Shown here: positions 52,249 to 60,527 of the stretch, piece after piece | Layout: each line of letters starts with the position of its first letter | Numbering within the stretch: position 1 is the stretch's first letter | Origin: a virus | Direction: 5' to 3' (one strand) | Virus record (IMG/VR): IMGVR_UViG_3300037511_000359 | Length of the DNA: 64,000 nucleotides | Notes under the pieces: generated by a model | What the model was told of the DNA's origin: nothing | Databases searched by the model: none | Seen by the model: only the letters and a program-made list of their open reading frames with translations | Program-made: the position numbers and the translations under genes

Positions 52249-52272
52249 CAGGTTCGCGTAGTGTTGTATAAT
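52245..52272 (+). promoter_or_regulatory. promoter, class C leader
   Basis: TTGACA-N16-TATAAT followed by CTTAGCGTGGAAGAGCGTGTCCGCGATG. Confidence 0.8.
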
Positions 52273-52278
52273 CTTAGC

Positions 52279-52641
52279 GTGGAAGAGCGTGTCCGCGATG
52301 TGCGGCGCAAGACGGAGGCGAGAATGAGCGACGAGACGACGATGCGGTCGGCGATTGATGTGGCACAGGAGATAGCGGATCGCTTAGTTCGCGACGAGCC
52401 AGTGGACATCAGGCCCGTACTGCTAGATGCGATCAAGCAGGCTCGACATGATGGCGCCGTCGAAGCGCTGCGCGAGGTCGCGCGACGTGTCCAGCTGCAG
52501 GCGAAAGCATGCGAGGCGACTGCAACGCGGTATCATAAGCATGGCGACGTCGAGGGCTGCGCGCTGGAGACCGGTAAGTTGCAGGCGTACGAGGGCGTTG
52601 TGCGGACGGTGGATGAACTGGCGTCTCGGCCTCGCTCCTGA
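52279..52641 (+). CDS. hypothetical protein
   Basis: Leaderless GTG at 52279 or ATG at 52324 with RBS. Confidence 0.6.
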   Translation: MEERVRDVRRKTEARMSDETTMRSAIDVAQEIADRLVRDEPVDIRPVLLDAIKQARHDGAVEALREVARRVQLQAKACEATATRYHKHGDVEGCALETGKLQAYEGVVRTVDELASRPRS

Positions 52642-52680
52642 CTTGCATTCTTCTACGCATCCTTCATCCTAGGTACACCC

Positions 52681-53616
52681 ATGCTCGACATCGACTACCT
52701 GCTCCGAGTCCGGACGCTCGTCACGCACGAAGGATGCGCCGACGGCATCGCGTCGGCGATCATCCTGCACGACGCGCTCCCTAGCGCACGAATCGAGTTC
52801 GTGCAGTACAACACCGCGGCGCACCGCGATCTGCGCGCCGAGCCTGGCATGCTGTTCTGCGACATGATGCCGCCCGAGGCGCGTGTGAAGGAGTTCGTCG
52901 GCGCGGGCGCGATCGTACTGGATCACCATCGCGGCGCGCGCGAGATCGTCGAGGCGTTCGGAGAACGCGGCGTGTTTGCGGACGAGGAGCGCGAGCCGAG
53001 CGTGAGCGGTGCGACTCTGGCGTTTCGCGAGGTGTGGTATCGCGTCGCGGCGACGCAGCGCCAGCCGAGCGACTACTACGCGCTGTTCGACTTCGCCAAG
53101 CTCGCTGGCATCCGCGACACGTGGCAGCGCAACGATCCGCGCTGGCGCGAAGCGTGCGCACAGGCTGCGGCGCTGCGCTTCTGGCCGCCCGAGATGCTGA
53201 TCGGCGCACCCATCGACGCGCTCGCTGCGCGCCTAGAGATCGGCGACGTCCTGCTCCAGCGCGACGCGGAGCGTGACGAGCGATCGATCGCGGAGGCGTA
53301 CCGGTTCGAGGCCGGCGGGCTGCGCGTCGTAGTGTTCGAGGGGCTGCACACGAGCGACATCGCGGAGCGTCTGTCGAGCGAAGCGGATCTCGTGCTCGGC
53401 TGGCACTACGCGATGGAGGACGGTCGCGCGCGGATGGTCGTGTCGTGCCGGTCGCGCGGCGCGGTGTCGTCGCTCGCGCTGGCGAAGGCCAACGGCGGGG
53501 GCGGGCACACGCAGGCGGCTGGGTTCCGCATCGATGCGCGGGCGGACGCGAGCCCGTATGTTACGCTGCGGCAACTCGTCGAGGAGTACGCCGGAGTGAT
53601 GCGCATCGCCGCATGA
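52681..53616 (+). CDS. DHH/DHHA1-family phosphoesterase
   Basis: THEGCADG, FCD, VLDHH, IRDTW and GGGHTQAAG motifs. Confidence 0.88.
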   Translation: MLDIDYLLRVRTLVTHEGCADGIASAIILHDALPSARIEFVQYNTAAHRDLRAEPGMLFCDMMPPEARVKEFVGAGAIVLDHHRGAREIVEAFGERGVFADEEREPSVSGATLAFREVWYRVAATQRQPSDYYALFDFAKLAGIRDTWQRNDPRWREACAQAAALRFWPPEMLIGAPIDALAARLEIGDVLLQRDAERDERSIAEAYRFEAGGLRVVVFEGLHTSDIAERLSSEADLVLGWHYAMEDGRARMVVSCRSRGAVSSLALAKANGGGGHTQAAGFRIDARADASPYVTLRQLVEEYAGVMRIAA

Positions 53617-53630
53617 GGTGCTCGCTGTAG

Positions 53631-55259
53631 ATGCACGCGAACCCGTACGCCGCGTTGTTCCTCGAGATGAGCGACCCGGAGAAGAACCGGGAGCTTCCGC
53701 GCGATCTCTCGTTTCGCGACATGGTCTGCCGCGGCGACATGGGCGACCTACCAGCGTCGGACACGCAGATCGCTCTCCTGTCCGCGGTCGACGGACGATC
53801 GATCGAAGACATCCTTCCGCGCGACCGGATGTTGTTCCACTTCAACACGGAGCGGCTGCCGTCGGGTCGACCTAGCCTCGTCATCCTGCGGACCGGTGTC
53901 CGCGCCGCGAAGTCCCTGATCGCTGCGCTCTCGCTCCTCTACAACGCGCTATTTTGCCAGTTTCGACGGCCACCGGACCCGAAGCAGGGCGAACGTCCTC
54001 AGGCGGACGGCATGATCGGCGTGCGCTCCGGCGAGGAGGTGCGCGCGCTCATCGTCGGCCCGAAGCTGCATCACGGTGCAGCGCCGCTGGAACACATCCG
54101 CGGCACGATGAAGAAGAGCCCGGTCCTCAGCAAGTTGATCGAGGAGGACAAAGCGGAGTCGATCACGGTGCGACGTCCCGACGGCGCGCTCGTGAAGATC
54201 ATGCGCATCGCCGCGGACAAGGGCGGCGGCAACCTGCGCGGCACGTGGCTCGCTGGCATCCTGTTTGACGAGGCCGCGTTCCACGACGACGACGAGGCCG
54301 CGGTGAACCTCGGCGACAACATCGATGCCGTGCTCGGTCGCCTTCTGCCGGGCGCACAAGCGTGGGTTGTGTCGTCACCGTGGTCCGAAGACGACTCGTT
54401 CAATCGGCTGTTCCTGCGCTTCTTCGGGCGCCCCGCCGACGCGCTCGCGTTCCACTCGGACACGCGCAGCATGAACCCGGCCTACCCGCAGGCGGACATC
54501 GATCGCGTGCGCCGGTACGATCCTGACAAGGCACAACGCGAGTTCGACGCGCTACCGCTTGCTGCTGGGAACAAGGCGTTCTTTCCGCTCGACGCGATCG
54601 AGAAGAGCATCAACGAGAAGCGCGACATGTACCTCGCGCCGGAACTTGGCGTGCCGCACAGCGCAGGGTCCGACTGGGGCTTCACGAAGAACAGCAGCGC
54701 GCTCGCGATCGCGCGTCCGATGCGCGCGACGCTCGACGGTCGCGAGGTCGTCAAGGCTGCGCTCGCGTACCACGAAGAGAAGCGCCCAGACAAGGGCGTG
54801 TCGCTGAAGCCGTCCGAGGTGGTGCGCGACTTCGCGCAGAAGTGCCGCAGGTACAGGGCGCGCAAGATCCAGGGCGACTACCACAGCCGCGAGACGACGG
54901 ACGAAGAACTGTCGAAACTGCGCGAGCAGGACCGCACGTTCGACATCATCTACGAGCCCGTGAGCCAGCAGCCGGACGAGATCGGCGAGCGCTTTGCGGA
55001 GATGCGTCGCAGGATGCAGGAGGGCTTGATCGACCTGCCTGATGACCCGGTGCTGCGGAAGCAGCTGGAGGATACGCGCAGTCGCGTGCTCCCGGGCGGA
55101 CGCATCGGGATCGTGGTACCGAAGCACGGCGCTCGCCACGGCGACGTGATGCAGGCGGCGATCTTGGCGCTCGTACAGGTAGACTTGACGGTGCGCCCGA
55201 CGGAGCGCAAGCCTATGACGCGGGGACGACGCGAGATGAACGACACAGGAGGGTTTTGA
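53631..55259 (+). CDS. terL: terminase large subunit
   Basis: Walker A variant LRTGVRAAKS, Walker B ILFDEAAF, coupling motif VVSSPW, RNase-H-like nuclease GSDWG...HGD; directly upstream of the portal module. Confidence 0.85.
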   Translation: MHANPYAALFLEMSDPEKNRELPRDLSFRDMVCRGDMGDLPASDTQIALLSAVDGRSIEDILPRDRMLFHFNTERLPSGRPSLVILRTGVRAAKSLIAALSLLYNALFCQFRRPPDPKQGERPQADGMIGVRSGEEVRALIVGPKLHHGAAPLEHIRGTMKKSPVLSKLIEEDKAESITVRRPDGALVKIMRIAADKGGGNLRGTWLAGILFDEAAFHDDDEAAVNLGDNIDAVLGRLLPGAQAWVVSSPWSEDDSFNRLFLRFFGRPADALAFHSDTRSMNPAYPQADIDRVRRYDPDKAQREFDALPLAAGNKAFFPLDAIEKSINEKRDMYLAPELGVPHSAGSDWGFTKNSSALAIARPMRATLDGREVVKAALAYHEEKRPDKGVSLKPSEVVRDFAQKCRRYRARKIQGDYHSRETTDEELSKLREQDRTFDIIYEPVSQQPDEIGERFAEMRRRMQEGLIDLPDDPVLRKQLEDTRSRVLPGGRIGIVVPKHGARHGDVMQAAILALVQVDLTVRPTERKPMTRGRREMNDTGGF

Positions 55260-55810
55260 TGGAGAGTCTCACGATCGAGTGTTCGGAGGAGAGCGTAATG
55301 CAGACGGCGATGCGGCGACTGTTCGAGCAACGCGGTGCACCGAGCGATGTAGCGGTGCCGGCGGTTCTGTTCGGCGCACTCTTCTGTCAGGTGCGCAGGC
55401 CTGCGATTCTGTCGGATGGAGAGAAGCCAGGGCTTGACGGTATGGTCGGCGTGCGCCCGGGCGAACTCGTGCGCGTTGCGATGGTGTTGCCATACTCCGG
55501 CCGTTGCGATCCGTATTTCAGCCGGATGCGCGCAGCGATCGGAGCGTCGCCCATCCTGTCCAAGCTGCTGGTGCGGTCATCTCCAGACGAGATGACGATT
55601 CGGCGTCCTGACGGACTGGACGTGCGGGTCGATCCGGTGAGCCCGTCGATGAGCGGCAGTAACCTGCGCTCGACGTGGCTCGCCGGCGCACTGTTCGACG
55701 ATGATCTGTGCAGCGATGCGGGGCTTGTTGGAGCGCTGGACGATGCGCTCCGCGCTGCATGGTCGCGTCTTCTGCCGGGCGCGATCTGGGCGGTCGTGTC
55801 GCACAAGTAG
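55259..55810 (+). CDS. truncated, degenerate paralog of the TerL ATPase domain
   Basis: ALFCQVRRP..DGMVGVRPGE..SPILSKL..RRPDG..NLRSTWLAGALFDD..RLLPGAIWAVVS aligns with the adjacent TerL; no Walker A, DEA changed to DDD, no nuclease domain. Confidence 0.85.
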   Translation: MESLTIECSEESVMQTAMRRLFEQRGAPSDVAVPAVLFGALFCQVRRPAILSDGEKPGLDGMVGVRPGELVRVAMVLPYSGRCDPYFSRMRAAIGASPILSKLLVRSSPDEMTIRRPDGLDVRVDPVSPSMSGSNLRSTWLAGALFDDDLCSDAGLVGALDDALRAAWSRLLPGAIWAVVSHK

Positions 55811-55923
55811 AAACCCCCTCCTCCGAGTCGCCATCGGAGAAGGGGGGCACCGTCCGCCGGCCGCCACAGCCTTGGACACCGATCATTCTACTCGACGCGC
55901 GGGTCGCGTCCAGGAGAAGCCGC

Positions 55924-56859
55924 ATGCTCCGGTGTCCGTTCTGTCGATCTGCCGAGACGCGCTGGGACGTGTCCGGCGACCACCTGTCCTGCGACGACTG
56001 CGATCGCCGCATCACCATCCACCGCGAGCCGCCGACGTCGTACGACACGTACGTCGATGCGCCGAGCGCTGGCCGGCTCGAGCGCTGGATCGATGGCGCA
56101 GACGCGTCGCTCGCCGCGGACCGCACGTGGCTCTTCGCGGAGATCACGCGCCTCGACAACTACCGCGTGCGCGTGCTCGGTTCCGCGGGCAAGGCGACCC
56201 GCTGCACGGTGACGCGCACCATCCTCGGCTGGTTCGCCACGATGCTCTGGAACATCGCGCGGGCGCGCTCGAGCGAAGCGGACCTCGTCGTGCGCCCATC
56301 GCGCCAGCGCGCTACGGCGTTCGCTGGGTACCGTCACGCTGCTGCGGCAGCGCTCTCCCCTGCCCCGCTGCTCGGCCTCGGCGCTGGCCTACGTCTCGGC
56401 GGCGCACGCGCGACGCATGGGCTGCGCGGCGGGCTGCAGTTCGGTCGCATCGCGTGCTCGCCGGACGCGAACCGGTCGGGAGCAGCGTGCGGCGAAGACG
56501 AACTGCTCGACCGGATCGACCTCGACGCTGCGGTGCGCGCGGCCGGTATCAGCGACACGGACCTACGCTTGCTGGAGCTGACCGACGTGGGCGTCCTGCG
56601 CTCGCGAGCGCGCCGGACGAAGCGCGGCATCGCGCTGGCACTGGAGCCGCTCAGCGTGCCCGATGCGTTGGAGCGACTGCGGGGGCTGCCCGACGTACCG
56701 AGGACGCCGCACGAGGCGCGTAAGCGCATTCAGCGAGCGCGGGATGCGATGCGGGACGCGCTGCGTGAGCGGGGGCTCATCCCGCCGCGCCAGCGCCGCG
56801 CTGCACCCGCAGCGACGACGGCCGCAGCGGTGCGGCCGCCGATGCAGGAGTGGGTATGA
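55924..56859 (+). CDS. Zn-ribbon + sigma-70 region-4-like transcription regulator
   Basis: CPFC...CDDC N-terminus; C-terminal DTDLRLLEL...ARKRIQRARDAMRDAL resembles ECF sigma region 4. Confidence 0.5.
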   Translation: MLRCPFCRSAETRWDVSGDHLSCDDCDRRITIHREPPTSYDTYVDAPSAGRLERWIDGADASLAADRTWLFAEITRLDNYRVRVLGSAGKATRCTVTRTILGWFATMLWNIARARSSEADLVVRPSRQRATAFAGYRHAAAAALSPAPLLGLGAGLRLGGARATHGLRGGLQFGRIACSPDANRSGAACGEDELLDRIDLDAAVRAAGISDTDLRLLELTDVGVLRSRARRTKRGIALALEPLSVPDALERLRGLPDVPRTPHEARKRIQRARDAMRDALRERGLIPPRQRRAAPAATTAAAVRPPMQEWV

Positions 56860-57155
56860 GCGACGAGCCGATCCTTCGAGGGTGGAAGGAGATCGCGCAG
56901 GCCTGCGAGGTGTCCGAGGACACCGTGCAGCGTGCCTCGAAGCGGAACCGCGACCCGCTGCCTGTGGACTACAACGCGTTTCACAAGCCGTGGATCTACC
57001 GCGCGGCGCTCGCGGCGTGGTTGCGACGGAACAACATGGCGGCGCCCGTGTACCATGCACTGATCAAGGCTGGCCTGCACCCGTCGCAGGAGCCAGCGAA
57101 ACCGATCGCGAAGGCGACGGTCACGCCCATCGTGCGGCGTCGTGCGGCTGGCTGA
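56856..57155 (+). CDS. excisionase/AlpA-like winged HTH protein
   Basis: LRGWKEIAQACEVSEDTVQR...DPLPV...W.YRAALAAW. Confidence 0.7.
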   Translation: MSDEPILRGWKEIAQACEVSEDTVQRASKRNRDPLPVDYNAFHKPWIYRAALAAWLRRNNMAAPVYHALIKAGLHPSQEPAKPIAKATVTPIVRRRAAG

Positions 57156-57307
57156 TCGAAAGCGCCTTGTTTCTGGCTCGAAAAATCTGCGCCGCTGCGG
57201 CAACGTGCGGCTAGCAGGCCGCCTGTAACGATGTACGTTTTGGCTAGGCTCGGGCCGCGTTGTGGCTTCTCCTGGTCGGTCGTCGGCGCGCGACGCTGAG
57301 CCGCCCT

Positions 57308-57523
57308 CTACATCGAGCGCCGCTCCCACGCGCGCAGCGCCTCGTCGCCCTGTAGCGCCACCATGGCGCCGCGAATCGTCGCGATTACGACGACGCCGAT
57401 CGTCGTGCTGCGCCGCAGTCGTTCCAGCCGGCGCCCATCCGGCCAGACGATGCGCATCCAGCGTCGGCGGTAGTCGATCAGTCGGATCAGGCGCAGCCGT
57501 TCGCCGTCTTGTTCGTCTTGCAT
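57308..57523 (-). CDS. possible small antisense-oriented protein
   Basis: ATG with GAGGGA upstream; fills the gap before the portal; weak support. Confidence 0.3.
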   Translation of the reverse strand: MQDEQDGERLRLIRLIDYRRRWMRIVWPDGRRLERLRRSTTIGVVVIATIRGAMVALQGDEALRAWERRSM

Positions 57524-57571
57524 TCCCTCGCGACCGTCCTCTTTCTCACGCTGCTCCGCTGAAACCACCGC

Positions 57572-60517
57572 TTGAACGCCCCGCTCTGGAACGTCGACCC
57601 CGCGTCTCTGGCGCGGGCCTTCGTCAGCAAGCGTGTACCGCGTTCGGAGCAGTGGCGCACGCACTTCGGTCGCAGCCTGACCCCGGCGCGCATCGAGAGC
57701 GCGATCCGTGACGCTGCGGACGGGTCGCTCCAGGACCTGACCGACGCGGGCGCGGAGACGATCCTTGTCGACCCGCACCTTGCGAGCGTTCTGCGCAAGC
57801 GCTTCGGTGCGATCTCCCAGGTCGACTACGACCTCACGCCCGCGCAGGGCGACGACCTCGACAAGCAGACCGCCGCGGACATCGCATCGATGGTCCGTTC
57901 GCAGCTCGACGCGATCCCCGCATTCCGTCAGGCGATCGAAGATCTCGCGTGGGGGCACTGGCACGGGCGCGCTGCGCTGGAGATCCACTGGGATCGCCGG
58001 TTCGCGAGTCGCGCGCGCTATCAGGTCGCTGAGCTCGGATGGATCCACCCGCGCCGGCTGACGCTCGGACCAGAGCGGGAACTGCGTGTGATCGACCCTG
58101 CGCAGTACGCCGGGCAGTTCCAGCCGGTGGGACTCGACACGCGCATCGCGTGCAAGTTCATCCGGTTCGTTCCGCGGCTGTTCAGCGACTACCCGGAGCG
58201 CGACGGTCTGAACCCGCGCTGCCTGTACTGGTCGAACTTCAAGCGGTTCGCGGCGCGCGACCGCATGATCTTGATCGAGCTTTACGCGAAGCCGTGGAGG
58301 ATCATCGAGGAAGACGGGACAGCGCCCGCTGACCCGGGCTCGTTCGATGAGGCGCTCGATCAGGCCGATGCGCTTGGCGGTGTCACCGTCGCGAAGATGC
58401 CCAAGGGGATGAAACTTCGCGTCGAAGGGCTCGACCCGAAGTCTGGCGACTTGCACAACCACACGATCGAGGACTGCGACAAGCAGATCAGCAAGCTCGT
58501 GCTCGGCTCGACCGGTACGATGGATGCTCAGCCGCAGGGCATCGGCGGTCAGCAGGCGCGCGTCAACCAGGACGACCAGTACCTGATCTTCGCGTCCGAC
58601 GGCGAGCGCATCGGCGGCGTCCTGCAGCGCGACCTCGTCAACGCGATCGTGCTTCTGAACGCGCCGTTTTACGGGTTATCGACATTCGACGCGCTCCGCT
58701 ACGCGCCGAAGTTCACGCTGCGCACCGCGCCGGAGAAGGACCGCAAGGCAGAGCTCGCGAACATCCGCTCGATCGTCGATCTCGGTCTCGCGGTCGCCGT
58801 CGACGAGATCCGCGAGCGCACCGGGTTCAGGAAGCCGAACAACGATGAAGCGATCGTTCAGATCGTCGAGTCGCCGCAGGACGACGTCAGCGCTCGCTAC
58901 ATCCCGCCGCGCGCGATGGTCATCGACCCGACCGAAACGGAGCCCGGAATCGGCGAACACGGCGGACCGGGCGCGCAGCCGTCCAGCGCGCCAGCGAAGC
59001 CCGACGGCGCGCCGACTGCGCCAGCGAACGGCGCCTCGCCCGCCGCTGCGACGCTCGAGCCAGCCTCGCCCGATGAGGACTTCGATCTGTTCAGCGGACC
59101 GCTCGGACCAACGCTCTCGGAGATCGCCGATCTTGCGACGCCGGAGCCCTCTGACGGGCTAACGAACTTCCCCGCGCTCGGTGACAACCGGCGCGTCTCG
59201 CTGGTCAACAGCCGGTTCAAGGTGTTTCCCGTCAGCGTCGCTCGACAGCTGCGCGACGAGTACCCGCAGATCTGGTCGAAGGGCGGCACACCGCTTGCGA
59301 ACCTGCAGTTCCGCAAACTTGCGCCCATCGTCGACCGCCGCGGTGTCGTCGAGACGGACGCGGAAGAGGAGGCGGTCAGACTGCGCGAGGCGTGGGCCGC
59401 ACGGCACGTCGTCGACTCGGACGTCGCGGGCGTCGTCGCTCAGATCAAGTGGCTCGTCATCGGCTCGCAGGGCTTCGATCGTATGCTCCGTGTGATCGGC
59501 GTCGAGAAGGCGCGCCTGCGCGAGGTCGCGCCGCAGCCTCGCGAGGTCGCGCCACCAGCGCAGGCGCCCGCTGCCGCAGCGACCGCGCGTCGTCTCACGA
59601 CGGAGCCCGGCTACGTCAATGGCACGACCGAGGACATCTCCGATGCGCGCACGCGCCGCGGCGCCACCATCACGACGCGCTGGGCGCGCGCGCTGAGCCG
59701 CGCCGTCGTTGGACATGCGACGGCGGCGGACATCCGCACAGCGCTTCGCGCTGCCGCGAAGGCGCTGGACGTTCGTGCGCTGGCGACCGAGGTCGAGCGC
59801 TGCATGCTGCACAGCGCGGCACTCGGCGTGATGGATGCGGACTGGGAAGCGGCGAACGAGGAGCCGATTGCTCCGTCGACGTTCACGCTCGAAGGCGGTC
59901 AGCGCGGGTTCGCAACGAAACCGTTTTTCGAGGCGATCAACGCGTTTCTGAGCCGCGAGATTGTCGAGCGCTCGGTCTGGGATCGACTCGTCGGCAACGC
60001 GAAAAAAGCCGCGTTCAGCATCGCAAAGCTGCAGACGAAGCGGATGCTTCAGGTCGCGTTCGACGAACTAGGCAAGAGCATCACGGCGGGCAAGTCGCTC
60101 GCGAACTTCTCGAAGGCGCTCGATGCGCGCTTCACGGAAGCAGGCTGGAAGAAGCTGAAGCCGTCGCACGTCGAGACGGTGTTCCGCAACGCGACGATGG
60201 GCGCGTACAGCAGCGGTCGCGAAGTGCAGATGACGCAGCCCGCCGTGCTGAAGGCGCGCCCGTACTGGCAGATCCGCGTGGTGAAAGACGACCGATGCCG
60301 CGCGACACACGCGAAGGTGCGCGGATTCGTGCTGCGCGCGGACGATCCATTCTGGAAGAGCGTCGGTAGGCCACCGTGGGGACATGCGTGCAGATGCGTT
60401 CTGTCTTCACGCAGCGAGCGCGAGATCAAGCGACTCGGTCTCACCGTGCGCAGTGGTTCGGAGATTTCCGGTCTGCCCGATCCGGGCTGGTCGTCGTCGA
60501 AATCCGCTCTGATCTAG
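57572..60517 (+). CDS. portal protein (Mu gp29/DUF935-like) fused to an unknown domain and a MuF head-morphogenesis domain
   Basis: DPHLASVLRKR, AWGHWHGRAALEI, ELYAKPW, IEDCDKQISKLVLG portal motifs; C-terminal ETVFRNA..AYSSGR..PYWQ..DDRCRATH..DDPFW..PPWGHACRC is MuF; one 981-aa frame. Confidence 0.85.
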   Translation: MNAPLWNVDPASLARAFVSKRVPRSEQWRTHFGRSLTPARIESAIRDAADGSLQDLTDAGAETILVDPHLASVLRKRFGAISQVDYDLTPAQGDDLDKQTAADIASMVRSQLDAIPAFRQAIEDLAWGHWHGRAALEIHWDRRFASRARYQVAELGWIHPRRLTLGPERELRVIDPAQYAGQFQPVGLDTRIACKFIRFVPRLFSDYPERDGLNPRCLYWSNFKRFAARDRMILIELYAKPWRIIEEDGTAPADPGSFDEALDQADALGGVTVAKMPKGMKLRVEGLDPKSGDLHNHTIEDCDKQISKLVLGSTGTMDAQPQGIGGQQARVNQDDQYLIFASDGERIGGVLQRDLVNAIVLLNAPFYGLSTFDALRYAPKFTLRTAPEKDRKAELANIRSIVDLGLAVAVDEIRERTGFRKPNNDEAIVQIVESPQDDVSARYIPPRAMVIDPTETEPGIGEHGGPGAQPSSAPAKPDGAPTAPANGASPAAATLEPASPDEDFDLFSGPLGPTLSEIADLATPEPSDGLTNFPALGDNRRVSLVNSRFKVFPVSVARQLRDEYPQIWSKGGTPLANLQFRKLAPIVDRRGVVETDAEEEAVRLREAWAARHVVDSDVAGVVAQIKWLVIGSQGFDRMLRVIGVEKARLREVAPQPREVAPPAQAPAAAATARRLTTEPGYVNGTTEDISDARTRRGATITTRWARALSRAVVGHATAADIRTALRAAAKALDVRALATEVERCMLHSAALGVMDADWEAANEEPIAPSTFTLEGGQRGFATKPFFEAINAFLSREIVERSVWDRLVGNAKKAAFSIAKLQTKRMLQVAFDELGKSITAGKSLANFSKALDARFTEAGWKKLKPSHVETVFRNATMGAYSSGREVQMTQPAVLKARPYWQIRVVKDDRCRATHAKVRGFVLRADDPFWKSVGRPPWGHACRCVLSSRSEREIKRLGLTVRSGSEISGLPDPGWSSSKSALI

Positions 60518-60527
60518 GGGACATACC

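Noticed and set aside
44160-52300. CRISPR array or integron attC array interpretation of the repeated intergenic motif
   Set aside because: Repeats are degenerate promoters separated by 0.4-1.8 kb of genes, not 25-45-bp repeats with uniform spacers; no attC R/L box symmetry, no cas genes, no integron integrase in the window.
56856-57155. Excisionase implying a nearby integrase / att site
   Set aside because: No tyrosine or serine recombinase in the window; this HTH fold is common among phage regulators and TerS-like proteins.
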